A stretch of 56,966 nucleotides of DNA, taken from the NCBI GenBank assembly GCA_905210995.1, contig CAJLZE010000003.1:1-56966 (forward strand), read 5' to 3'. Source of the DNA: an uncultured Anaerotruncus sp. (GTDB lineage Bacteria > Bacillota > Clostridia > Oscillospirales > CAG-272). The notes below the pieces were generated by a model. The model searched no databases. It was not told the DNA's origin and saw only the letters and a program-made list of their open reading frames with translations. The number at the start of each line of letters is the position of its first letter. Position 1 is the first letter of the stretch. This document shows positions 28,988-37,778 of this stretch, in pieces. Both the position numbers and the translations under genes were made by a program.

Positions 28988-30049
28988 TTATTCGTCTTTT
29001 TCGTCTGCGGGCGCACCGCCGCGCGGCTCTGCCGTGCTTTCGTACACCTTCAGCGTCGGGCAAAGGCTCACGCTCTGATAAGCGACCGTATGCTCGCCCT
29101 CCATACGCTTGCGCAGCAGCACCGCCGCCAGTTCGCCTATGTCGTTTGTGGGGCTTACCACGCTCGTAAGCGACGGGAACATATACTTTGAAGTCGGGTT
29201 ATCGTCAATGCCTATTATCGATATGTCCTCCGGAATACGCAGTCCCGCCTCTCTGATCGCACGCATCGCGCCGTAGGCGATATTGTCATACGCGGCAAAG
29301 ACCGCCGTGGGCGCTTCAGGCTCTGCGAGCAGCCGCTTCATTCCGATATAGCCGCACTCCTCGAATCTCTCTTCAAGACAAACTACATACCGGTCCGGCA
29401 GCTCAAGCCCGTGCTCGCGCATGGTGGAAATAAAGCTGTTCATACGCAGCGCGGTATTCTGCTCGCCGATGAAGGCGATGCGTCTGTGCCCGAGCTCTAT
29501 CAGATGGTTGAGCGCAAGCACAGCCCCCATCGTATGGTTTATACCTATGCTGTCGCAAAAATCAATGTTGTTGCCGGCGCAAACGAGCATAAAGGGCGTT
29601 CTCACCTTGCCGACGATACGCCGTATGTCGTTGAGATGCGAACTGTTTTCGGTGAGAAGAAATATACCCGACACACCGTCGCGCAGAAAGGCGCGTATGG
29701 CGTTTATCTCGCGGCGACGGTCGAATTCGGTCAAAACGATAACGGGACGGTACCCCTCATTGCGAATTTTTTCGCAGAAAGCACGCTGAATATCGTTGTA
29801 ATACTGGCTGGCAAGCTCGGGAAAGATCAAACCGACCGATTTTTCGGGCGTTACCTCTTCCCCCTCGGCTCTTGCTGCCGATTTTGTATCAGCCGAACGC
29901 AGCGCCGGAAGCACATATCCGACCTTTTCGGCAAGCTCGCGTATATTTGCCGCAGTTTTTGCGTTTATGTCGTTGCTGCCGCGCAGCGCCTTTGAAACCG
30001 TTGAAACATTGACGCCCGCAAGCCCGGCTATGTCCTTTAATGTTGCCAT
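28988..30049 (-). CDS. LacI-family transcriptional regulator
   Basis: N-terminal HTH ATLKDIAGLAGVNVSTVSKALRG plus a periplasmic-binding-protein-like core. 353 aa. Confidence 0.88.
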   Translation of the reverse strand: MATLKDIAGLAGVNVSTVSKALRGSNDINAKTAANIRELAEKVGYVLPALRSADTKSAARAEGEEVTPEKSVGLIFPELASQYYNDIQRAFCEKIRNEGYRPVIVLTEFDRRREINAIRAFLRDGVSGIFLLTENSSHLNDIRRIVGKVRTPFMLVCAGNNIDFCDSIGINHTMGAVLALNHLIELGHRRIAFIGEQNTALRMNSFISTMREHGLELPDRYVVCLEERFEECGYIGMKRLLAEPEAPTAVFAAYDNIAYGAMRAIREAGLRIPEDISIIGIDDNPTSKYMFPSLTSVVSPTNDIGELAAVLLRKRMEGEHTVAYQSVSLCPTLKVYESTAEPRGGAPADEKDE

Positions 30050-30057
30050 GTCGTCCT

Positions 30058-30071
30058 CTTTTTCGAAACTT
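30058..30071. promoter_or_regulatory. LacI-type operator half-perfect site upstream of the LacI gene
   Basis: CTTTTTC|GAAACTT. The right half is identical to the perfect palindrome at 45686-45699, with a central CG. It sits between the -10 and the RBS of the LacI gene. Confidence 0.4.
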
Positions 30072-30078
30072 TTAGTAT

Positions 30079-30107
30079 ATTATATCACACGCGACGAAGC
30101 TTGTCAA
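30079..30107 (-). promoter_or_regulatory. consensus sigma-A promoter of the LacI-family gene
   Basis: Minus-sense TTGACA (30102-30107), 17-nt spacer, TGaTATAAT (TATAAT at 30079-30084). Confidence 0.65.
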
Positions 30108-30140
30108 AAGATTTTCGACAAAACAGGCGAGATCAGGTGA

Positions 30141-30827
30141 TTATTTGTTCTTGATAAGCTCAAGCAGCGTGTGATCGCCGAAGGCGTTCTTCCAGTCGTT
30201 TGCAAAGCCGACTATCGAGGTGTCGGTCGTGGTGTGCTGAACGAGCTTTTTCATTACGTCCGCGCTCACCGTTGCGGCTCCGGCGCCCCCCAGAGCACAC
30301 TCAAGCACCTCGCGTGCGGTCTTGAAGCTCGCGGCAAGTATTTCGGTATTGCTTCCGGAGGCGGCAAGCAGCTCGGCTATCTCCGAGACCGTTCCGATGC
30401 CGTCGGCGCCGATATTTTCGAGACGGCTGACATACGGCGCGATATACGCCGCTCCCGCCTCGGCTGCAAGCAGAGCCTGATTGGCGCTGAGCACGGCAGT
30501 CATCGTCACACCGACGCCCTCGCCGCTCAGCTCGCGCGCCGCGCGAAGTCCGTCGGGCGTCGCAGGGATCTTAACAAATGTATTTTCGCCGAGCAGCGCG
30601 ACTATCGCGTGCCCCTCCTCGATCATTTTGTTCCACTCGGTCTCGGTCCCCTGGACGTGCAGCTCCTTGTCGCCGCCGATGATCTCTCTGATCTTCACAA
30701 GATGCGCCACTATATCGCCGCCCTCACGCGAAAGTATCGTGGGGTTGGTGGTCACACCGCAAATGGGAAAATAATCGTTGAAATATTTTATGTCATCAAG
30801 GTTTGCTGTATCAAGAATGAGTCTCAT
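30141..30827 (-). CDS. transaldolase-family protein (fructose-6-phosphate aldolase / TalC type)
   Basis: MRLILDTANLDDIK...GVTTNPTIL and the Schiff-base Lys context FVKIPAT. 228 aa. Confidence 0.82.
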   Translation of the reverse strand: MRLILDTANLDDIKYFNDYFPICGVTTNPTILSREGGDIVAHLVKIREIIGGDKELHVQGTETEWNKMIEEGHAIVALLGENTFVKIPATPDGLRAARELSGEGVGVTMTAVLSANQALLAAEAGAAYIAPYVSRLENIGADGIGTVSEIAELLAASGSNTEILAASFKTAREVLECALGGAGAATVSADVMKKLVQHTTTDTSIVGFANDWKNAFGDHTLLELIKNK

Positions 30828-31456
30828 TTCGATTCCCTTCCTTTGAGCTGAAGGTCGTAGTGAATGTCGTAAGCCTTTTCCTCATCGGTGAACTTGTGCA
30901 GGGTATTTATTACCTCCCCGCCCTTCCACTTGCGGTCGCCTACATCCTCGGTCGTGCCCATTACCGTCACATTGAGCTGACGGCGGCGAGCGCGTACCTG
31001 ATCCCAGTCGATAAAATAAACGTGTGCGAATTCACCGCCGTCAAGAACGCCGTCCTTGATGGTCATGGTCTCGCTTCTGCCGAAGAATACCGAGCGGAGG
31101 TGCCCGTCGGTGTTCATGCTCGTAAAGTCGCCGGGCTCGTCAACGTATCTGCCGAACTGAGAATGGATCGGTCCGGGGTGACGGTACTGGTGCTCCTCGC
31201 GGAAATCGGGAACGAGCTTGCGCATGATGTCAAGCAGATCGTGCTGAAGGTATTCGAGGTCAAAGCTGTCGATGTCGTGAGAGCACTCCTGTACCATGAC
31301 CGAGCAGGTGGTGTGGTGAGAGGCGATGCATACGGTACCGTTCTTTACACCGGACTCCTCAACGATCTCGCGGATCTCCTTTGACACATCGTGAAAGGTG
31401 GGTATCCACCCGCGCGACTGAAGCTCAAGCTCCTTCTGATATACTTTGAATTCCAT
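30824..31456 (-). CDS. YjbQ/UPF0047-family protein (extended)
   Basis: DVSKEIREIVEESGVKNGTVCIASHHTTCSVMVQE resembles the YjbQ signature. 210 aa, longer than typical. ATGA overlap with the downstream gene. Confidence 0.55.
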   Translation of the reverse strand: MEFKVYQKELELQSRGWIPTFHDVSKEIREIVEESGVKNGTVCIASHHTTCSVMVQECSHDIDSFDLEYLQHDLLDIMRKLVPDFREEHQYRHPGPIHSQFGRYVDEPGDFTSMNTDGHLRSVFFGRSETMTIKDGVLDGGEFAHVYFIDWDQVRARRRQLNVTVMGTTEDVGDRKWKGGEVINTLHKFTDEEKAYDIHYDLQLKGRESK

Positions 31457-31490
31457 GATTTTTTTCCTTTCTTGTGCCGATACGGCGGTT

Positions 31491-32093
31491 TTATTTACTG
31501 TTCAGACGCTTTCCGACCGCACCGTTCGGGTGTATGACGGCAAATTCGCGGCTGCTGTAATCAAGCTTTTCAATCAGTGCCGTTCCGAGAGCATCAAAAA
31601 CGGCTGAGGTGACGGCAAAGCTCGTCGTCCCCTGACAGTTGTCGCGGTCGCACTCGCGCGTGACCGAAATACGGAGAATGATATCCGAAAGCCTACCGAG
31701 CGTCGATCCCGGCTTTTCGGTGACAAGAATGACCGTTGCCCCCTTTGCGCGACAGATCTTTGCTATCGGCACGAGCTCGTCGGTCTCGCCTCCGCGGGAT
31801 GCCAGCATCATCACATCGCCGCCGCAGATATACCCAAGCCCGCCGTGCACCGCCTCGGAGGGCGAGATAAAACGCGCGGGACGTTCTATACAGCAGCAGA
31901 GATGCGCAAAGTGGCGGCAGGCGATGCCGGAGTGACCGCAGCCGGATGCCGCAATGCGCTCAGCCGAGGCAAGCACCGAAACCGCCTTTTCGAATTCGGC
32001 GCGGTCAAGCACTCCGGCGGTCGCACGCAGCGACTCCGCCTCTGTCTCAAATGCGGCATATGCCGCGTCAAGTATTTTATCGGTCCCGCTCAT
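31491..32093 (-). CDS. SIS-domain sugar-phosphate isomerase (KpsF/GutQ-like SIS without CBS pair)
   Basis: GCGHSGIACRHFAHL...SPSEAVHGGLGYI...LASRGGETDEL. The start at 32093 forms an ATGA overlap with the upstream stop. Confidence 0.7.
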   Translation of the reverse strand: MSGTDKILDAAYAAFETEAESLRATAGVLDRAEFEKAVSVLASAERIAASGCGHSGIACRHFAHLCCCIERPARFISPSEAVHGGLGYICGGDVMMLASRGGETDELVPIAKICRAKGATVILVTEKPGSTLGRLSDIILRISVTRECDRDNCQGTTSFAVTSAVFDALGTALIEKLDYSSREFAVIHPNGAVGKRLNSK

Positions 32094-32794
32094 TCCGCGT
32101 GCACCTCGTCCCATACACGCCTGAGCGTTGAGAGCATTGCGCGTGCCGCTGCCTCGGGATCCTTCGCCTTCATAACTCCGCTCGTGCAGCCGGTCGCAAG
32201 AGCACCGGCGCGGATGACGTTCGCAACATCGTCGGGCGTGGATATCCCCGCTCCCTGAAGCACCATAATACCCGGGTCGATGCGTCGCACAGCTTCAATA
32301 GTATCCTTAACATAGCCCATATCGCTCGCAACACCGGTACCGATAAGCTCGGTCGGCTCGGCGACGATAAGATTTGGAGACAGCTTTGCCACCGCTTCGA
32401 TCTCGGCAACACTGTCAGCACAAACGATAGTGGCAAGCCCTACCTCATCGGCGCGCGCTATGGTCTTTTCTATCTCTTCAAGCGTCAGCTTTTTCTCGGC
32501 ATGGTTGAGCATAACTCCGACGGCTCCCGCCTCCTTCACGGCTTCGGGCAGGACCGAACCGAGCCCGCGCCCGGGCGCGAGGCTGTCCATATGCTGCGCA
32601 TATACGTGAATGTGTTTTGTGTTCTCCGCGATCATGCGTATATCGGTATACTGCAGAGTAACGATAACGTCAAGGTCGAATTCTTCCGCAATGCGGTCGA
32701 TCTCAAGCGCAAGACGGAGCATACGCTCGCCCCACATGAAGCATTTGGGACCTATCTCAAAAAACGGAGCGCGGATCTTATAGTTTTTGTACAT
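32090..32794 (-). CDS. triose-phosphate isomerase family protein (archaeal-type TIM paralogue)
   Basis: 234 aa with MLNHAEKK (NH[S/A]E catalytic His context) and VAEPTELIGTG (catalytic Glu context), as in archaeal short TIMs. Confidence 0.75.
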   Translation of the reverse strand: MYKNYKIRAPFFEIGPKCFMWGERMLRLALEIDRIAEEFDLDVIVTLQYTDIRMIAENTKHIHVYAQHMDSLAPGRGLGSVLPEAVKEAGAVGVMLNHAEKKLTLEEIEKTIARADEVGLATIVCADSVAEIEAVAKLSPNLIVAEPTELIGTGVASDMGYVKDTIEAVRRIDPGIMVLQGAGISTPDDVANVIRAGALATGCTSGVMKAKDPEAAARAMLSTLRRVWDEVHAE

Positions 32795-32806
32795 CTTCTC
32801 CGCTCC

Positions 32807-34165
32807 TTACATTTCGAGCACTTCAATGCCGAGTATGCGGCAAAGATCGCGTATTGCGGCGCGGTTGTCGCCGAAGGTTATGATATAATGCTGGCAGGCA
32901 ACATGATCGGCAAAGCGCGGAACGTCGCGCAGCTCTATCTCAAGCGCCGAAAGCTGCGGCGCGGGCTGCGCCCAGCCGCACTCCTCCCACACGGGCGGCT
33001 TTTTGCCCTCACCGGGCAGCACGTGCATAACATATCTGCCGCCGGTATAAACAAGGCGCGACATGGTGAGCGTTCCGGTCTTTACCGGAGAAACGTTGAG
33101 AATACCCTCGCTCAGCAGCCCGAATGCAGCGGGAAGAACAGTGTATGTATCCCCGTCTACCATATCCGCGGCAACAAAATCGGGAACGCCCGCAAGCACA
33201 CTGTGCTCAAAGAACTCGTAAAACTCAAGGTATCCGGCAAGCTGTCCCGTCAGCTTGTGCATCATGAGCTGAGTGACAGCCCCCAAAGAATCGTTTTCGG
33301 GTATCGTCGTATAACCGTCCTCGGAAAGCAGCATGAATATCGGAGCGGGCGGGAAGCCGCACAGCTTTTTCATTCCGTCAACATCCTTAAGGGATATCGC
33401 GTGATAGTTTCTTTCCTTGGCGATCGACGCAACGGCGAGATAATACCCTGCCGCTTTTTTCATCGTCTCGGGGTTGGCGGGCTTGAGGAAGTTCCACTTC
33501 TTTATGCGTTCCTCTACCACCTTGTCCACGTCTGCCGGGTCAAGCGCACGGTATCTCTGCTCGACCTCAAGAAGCTCAAACGTCTCGATCTCAACACCGG
33601 TCTGCTTTTTGAGCGAAAGGCCGTCGTAGAGCGTGCCGTAAAGGTTCATATCGCGGTAACCCGCCATGCCTATCTTTTCGGAAAGAAGCTCTCCGGCAGC
33701 GACAGCGGCGCTGCAGAAGGATGCGACCTCGGCGGAACGTGTTTTCATGCCTATTATGTCGTAAACGTATCTGAAGCGATAGCCGAGCCCTTCGAACGTC
33801 GCGCGAAGACCGGCTGTGCCCGCCTGATCTGCGGTAGTAACGAGCCTGCCATCCTCATACCAACCGCAAAGCCCCCAAAGCACCATCGGAAGCTCACGGT
33901 AATGCTCGGTGATCTTCACGACCGCATGGGTGGGTATCCACCCGGCAATGCAAAGCACAAGTGCGTCAAAGCGCTCCTTTCCGAGAGCCTCAAGCGCCTC
34001 TCCGATCTGCTTCTCCTCCGGGTCGTCGGCAACCGGATAGACCTTTACGAGCTCAATTCCCTCGCCCTCAAGCGCTGCCGCTGCCGCGGCGCACTTTCTT
34101 ATCACAACATCGACCGGAGTATTTATTTCTCCGAATCCCACAAATCCGATCCTGCTCATTTTCAT
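32807..34165 (-). CDS. L-fucose/L-arabinose isomerase-family protein
   Basis: 452 aa. The overall look (MSRIGFVGFGEINTP..., C-terminal ...HVACQHYIITFGD) matches my memory of this family. No catalytic motif was verified. Confidence 0.5.
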   Translation of the reverse strand: MKMSRIGFVGFGEINTPVDVVIRKCAAAAAALEGEGIELVKVYPVADDPEEKQIGEALEALGKERFDALVLCIAGWIPTHAVVKITEHYRELPMVLWGLCGWYEDGRLVTTADQAGTAGLRATFEGLGYRFRYVYDIIGMKTRSAEVASFCSAAVAAGELLSEKIGMAGYRDMNLYGTLYDGLSLKKQTGVEIETFELLEVEQRYRALDPADVDKVVEERIKKWNFLKPANPETMKKAAGYYLAVASIAKERNYHAISLKDVDGMKKLCGFPPAPIFMLLSEDGYTTIPENDSLGAVTQLMMHKLTGQLAGYLEFYEFFEHSVLAGVPDFVAADMVDGDTYTVLPAAFGLLSEGILNVSPVKTGTLTMSRLVYTGGRYVMHVLPGEGKKPPVWEECGWAQPAPQLSALEIELRDVPRFADHVACQHYIITFGDNRAAIRDLCRILGIEVLEM

Positions 34166-34177
34166 ACCTTTCCTTTA

Positions 34178-35602
34178 TTATTTGTTGATAACACCGTCAA
34201 GCTCGCAAAAACGGCGATAAGCTGCCGAATAATCGGCGCCCGACGGAGCGTATTTTCCTTTTATCTTAACTGCGGCGCGCGCAGCCTCCGCAGCGCTGCC
34301 GTAAAGCCCTATGCCGACCGCGGCAAGCAGTGCCGAGCCGAGGCACGCCGTCTCTGATTCCTCAAGCGTACAAAGCTCCTTGCCGGTCACGTCTGCCTTT
34401 ATCTGCGCCCACAGCGGGCTTGACGCACCGCCGCCGGTTATGCGGATACCGTCTGCATCTATATTCACATATTCAAGCTCCTCGCGCAGCGTGAAAGCGA
34501 CAGCCTCCATTATGGCGCGCGCAAAATGCGCTCTTGTGTGCGCAAGACGCACGCCAGAAAATTCGGCTCCCACCGAAGGATTGTATTTCGGCATAGACGA
34601 GCCGCAAAAATACGGCAGCACGGTAAGCCCGTCACACCCGGGTGCGACCTTTTCGGCTTCCGCGTCAAGCTCACGGAACGAAAGCTCACTTGCAAAGTTG
34701 TTGCGGAACCACTTGAGCGACATTCCCGCAGTCGCCGACCAGAGAAGCAGGCAGTACTTTCCGTCCGCGTGCAGGTGGCACGGAACTATGCTGTCCGCTC
34801 TGTACGGAGGGATGCTGTCCGTGACCGCGCACACGGCAAGCGCCGTACCGGTCATTTCACTCACTCCGCCGGTGTCGGTCACGCCGACGCCGACCGCGCC
34901 GGCGATCTGGTCGAGCGCACCGCACACAACGGATATACCGTCATACTCTCCTGCCTTCTCCGCAGTGCGCAGCACGCGCGGGAGCTTTTTTTCGTCGACG
35001 CCGATAAAGTCAAGCATTTCGCGCCAGAAGCGGCGCTCTCTTATATCAAAATAAACCGAGGACGACTGTATCGTCGGCTCGGTGACAAATTCACCGGTAA
35101 GCCTGAAGAGTATAAAATCTTCAAGAAGGAATATCTTTTCGGTTTTTGCCCACACATCGGGGCGGTTATGCCTGAACCATAAAAGCTTTGAAGCGGGCCA
35201 CGACGCCGTTATCTCGGGCTGTCCCGTGACCTCGTAGACCGTTTTTTTGCCGAAACGGGATTCTATCTGCGCCGCCCCGTCCGCAGCACGGTTGTCGAGC
35301 CATACAACGGCGGGATAAAGCGGTTTTCCCTCTTCGTCGGCAAGTATCAGGGTCTCACCCTGAGTATCCACCGCAAGCGCGTGCGGCTTGCCGCATTCAC
35401 GCGACAGCTTCGCTATCGCCTCGCGGCACATTTCAACGTATTTTTCGGGATCGAATTCGACATACCCCGTCGCCGGGTCGGTGTCGAGCACATAGTCCTT
35501 GGTCACAACGCCGAGGCGTTTTCCGCTGCCGTCAAACTCGGCAGCCTTGAGTGAGGTCGTACCTATGTCGATCCCCATTATCCTGTGATCCGATAATTTC
35601 AT
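34178..35602 (-). CDS. FGGY-family carbohydrate kinase (xylulokinase-like)
   Basis: ATG at 35602 (ORF track extends to 35761). GIDIGTTSLKA phosphate-1 motif, DTQGETL, and C-terminal ITGGGASSPLWAQIKADV. Confidence 0.85.
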   Translation of the reverse strand: MKLSDHRIMGIDIGTTSLKAAEFDGSGKRLGVVTKDYVLDTDPATGYVEFDPEKYVEMCREAIAKLSRECGKPHALAVDTQGETLILADEEGKPLYPAVVWLDNRAADGAAQIESRFGKKTVYEVTGQPEITASWPASKLLWFRHNRPDVWAKTEKIFLLEDFILFRLTGEFVTEPTIQSSSVYFDIRERRFWREMLDFIGVDEKKLPRVLRTAEKAGEYDGISVVCGALDQIAGAVGVGVTDTGGVSEMTGTALAVCAVTDSIPPYRADSIVPCHLHADGKYCLLLWSATAGMSLKWFRNNFASELSFRELDAEAEKVAPGCDGLTVLPYFCGSSMPKYNPSVGAEFSGVRLAHTRAHFARAIMEAVAFTLREELEYVNIDADGIRITGGGASSPLWAQIKADVTGKELCTLEESETACLGSALLAAVGIGLYGSAAEAARAAVKIKGKYAPSGADYSAAYRRFCELDGVINK

Positions 35603-35663
35603 TTTATTTTGTTTTTTATCAACGGCAGGGTTGCCGCGCCGTGGCGCGGCAACCCGCAAAAGA

Positions 35664-36632
35664 TCAGACAGTGGTCTTTCTTCTGATAACGACGACGGCG
35701 CAGGTAACGGATGCGAGTGCGACCGCCGCTGCAGCGACGATAACGGCTCTGCTGTTGTCACCGGTCCCGGGAGCGGGGGTGGGAGTGGGCTTGCCGGTGT
35801 CGGTGGGCCCCTCGGTAGTACCGGAAGGTCCCTCGGTGGTGCCGGGAGCTACCTCGGCATTCACGAAGAGGATAGTGCCCTTTTTGGAGTCGTCATGGTT
35901 CGATTTGACTGTAGAATCATTCCATGTAAGACCGTATACGCGGTTGCTCTTCTGAGCCTCGGTCTCCTTGCTGTTGTTGGCATCGTTGGTGTAGAGGTCG
36001 AATCCGACGCATGTGCCGGCTTCCATCTTTATGTCGGCATAAATGAGGCTGAGGTTGATACGGCACTCCATGACGTAGCCCGTAGCCTTGCCCTGTGCAT
36101 CGGTGAGGATCTTCACGGCGCGGCATTCGTCAACGTTCTGCTCATCGGCGGTCACCTGAGTGTGGAACGTGCCCATGGGCGCATTCTTGAAGTTCGCGCT
36201 CTGTCCGTACACGCCGAGGATATAATAGATGGCGGGAGCGGTGCAGGCAGTGGTGGCTGTTCTGTTATAGTTCGGAGAGATGGAGAACATGATGCTGTCG
36301 TCCTTCCAGAGGTTGCCGCTGGAGGGCCAGATGGCTTTTCCCGCGAGAGTGGTATCTGCCACTTCAACGAGAACGTAGAGATACTTATCATCCCACAAAG
36401 TGCGGAAGGATGCTGTGTGCGGCACGCTGCCTTCGACGTTTACGTAAACGTTTTCGAGCTTCTGCGATTCGGCGGAATTCCATACTTCGTCGATGGTACC
36501 GTCGATCACGGGTGTGCCTTTGGTCGCTTTGATGATCTTCTGCGTGCTGTCAGGCTCAACGGCTGAAACGCCGACGGCAAACGCAGCAACGAGGAGTGCG
36601 GCAAGGGTCAGAATTGCGATCGCTTTTTTCAT
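35664..36632 (-). CDS. CBM9-like (DOMON-like) carbohydrate-binding surface protein with a C-terminal APGTG + TM + RRK anchor
   Basis: Signal peptide ...AVGVSA. IDGTIDEVW...FRTLWDDKYLYVLVEV typical of CBM9-like domains. Thr/Pro/Gly linker. APGTG at 35760-35774 followed by a hydrophobic stretch and RRKTTV. Confidence 0.6.
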   Translation of the reverse strand: MKKAIAILTLAALLVAAFAVGVSAVEPDSTQKIIKATKGTPVIDGTIDEVWNSAESQKLENVYVNVEGSVPHTASFRTLWDDKYLYVLVEVADTTLAGKAIWPSSGNLWKDDSIMFSISPNYNRTATTACTAPAIYYILGVYGQSANFKNAPMGTFHTQVTADEQNVDECRAVKILTDAQGKATGYVMECRINLSLIYADIKMEAGTCVGFDLYTNDANNSKETEAQKSNRVYGLTWNDSTVKSNHDDSKKGTILFVNAEVAPGTTEGPSGTTEGPTDTGKPTPTPAPGTGDNSRAVIVAAAAVALASVTCAVVVIRRKTTV

Positions 36633-36691
36633 TGTACTGAGTTCCTTTCATTGTTGTATTTTTCAACCGGCTGGCGCCGGATGATATACCG

Positions 36692-37753
36692 TCAGTGCTT
36701 TCTGAGCACGAATGCCGAGCCGATCACCGCAATAACGGCGACAGCGCATACGGCAGACGAGCCGCAGCCGCCCTTCTTTTCGCCGGTCGCGGCGGTCGTT
36801 TCGGGGGCATTTGTTTCGGCAGTAGCCTTGGTTGTCTCGGGCACCTTGGTCGTTTCGGGAGCTTTTGATGTCTCGGGCGCCTTTGTCGTTACATCCTGCT
36901 TGGATGTTTCGGGCGCAGGTGTAGTTTCGGGAGCAGGTGTAGTCTCGGGAGCGGGCGTGGTCTCGGGTTCGGTATCGGTCGAGTTGTCAACGCTTACGAG
37001 CTGGATCGTACCCTTGAGGGCGTCGTTCTTATAGGACATGGTATCACACCAGCAAAGACCGACATCGCGCGTGTTGGAGATGCCCGCAATGTTGTCGTTG
37101 ATGTAGATATCAAAGCCGATGCAGGTGTCATAGGTCATCTTTATGTCGGCATATCTCTGCGAAAGATCGACGGCAGCCTCGATAAGATAACCGGTGTCGG
37201 TTATTTTGGTGCGGAAGTTCTTGAAGGTGTCGCGCGGTACCTGATTGAAGTTGGCGGTACCGTCGTTCTTTACGTATTCGCCGCCACCGATGGCACGGCA
37301 GCTAAGTATGTACCAGAAAGCGGGCTCCACCTGTGCACCGGTTTCGACGCGACTGTAGTTGGGCGAGAATGTAAAGCTGACGGAGTTGCGCATCCAGAGG
37401 TTGCCGGCACCGACTGTGGTGAGCTCCCATGTTTCGTCACCGATTGTGGAGTCGGTGACTTCAACGAGAAGATACAGATATTTTTCGTCCCAGAGAGCAC
37501 GGAAAACAGCTGATGTTCCGTTTGTGGGGTTATCGGGGTCGGGGCCGTTGGTGACGAATGTCTTTGAGATCCTGCGCGGCTTTGCATTGTCCCACACGGC
37601 GTCGATCTCACCGTCTATTTCCGGAGTGCCGTAAACGGCATAGGCGATGGGCTGCGATTTGTCGGGCTCGGCGGCAAACACCGGAGCGACCGCGGCAGCG
37701 CACATAACTGCGACGATGAGCGCAGCCAGCACGAAATTGAGCGTTCTTTTCAT
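36692..37753 (-). CDS. CBM9-like carbohydrate-binding surface protein with a PETT-repeat stalk and C-terminal TM anchor
   Basis: ATG at 37753 (ORF track extends to 37843). Signal peptide ...APVFAA. IDGEIDAVWDNA...FRALWDEKYLYLLVEV. (A/K)PETT repeats. C-terminal TAATGEKK + hydrophobic + LRKH. Confidence 0.6.
   Translation of the reverse strand: MKRTLNFVLAALIVAVMCAAAVAPVFAAEPDKSQPIAYAVYGTPEIDGEIDAVWDNAKPRRISKTFVTNGPDPDNPTNGTSAVFRALWDEKYLYLLVEVTDSTIGDETWELTTVGAGNLWMRNSVSFTFSPNYSRVETGAQVEPAFWYILSCRAIGGGEYVKNDGTANFNQVPRDTFKNFRTKITDTGYLIEAAVDLSQRYADIKMTYDTCIGFDIYINDNIAGISNTRDVGLCWCDTMSYKNDALKGTIQLVSVDNSTDTEPETTPAPETTPAPETTPAPETSKQDVTTKAPETSKAPETTKVPETTKATAETNAPETTAATGEKKGGCGSSAVCAVAVIAVIGSAFVLRKH
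36795..36975. repeat. imperfect 15/18-nt in-frame tandem repeats encoding the (A/K)PETT stalk
   Basis: Recurring GT(T/C)TCGGG(A/C)GC units, e.g. GGTGTAGTTTCGGGAGCAGGTGTAGTCTCGGGAGCGGGCGTGGTCTCGGG. Confidence 0.7.
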
Positions 37754-37778
37754 GATGGGTCTTCCCTTTCTGTTGTTT

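Noticed and set aside
32501-34357. 618-aa ORF on the plus strand
   Set aside because: It is antisense to the TIM paralogue, the isomerase and the kinase 3' end. It has no motifs, whereas the minus-strand genes have clear family signatures and operon structure.
35628-35655. 13-bp GC-rich hairpin GGGTTGCCGCGCC..GGCGCGGCAACCC between the CBM9-like gene and the FGGY kinase gene as a terminator
   Set aside because: In the minus (coding) sense it is followed by an A-rich tract, not a U-tract, and in the plus sense by AAAAG. It is therefore not a canonical intrinsic terminator in either direction. It may be a processing or stability element, so I did not use it to split the operon.
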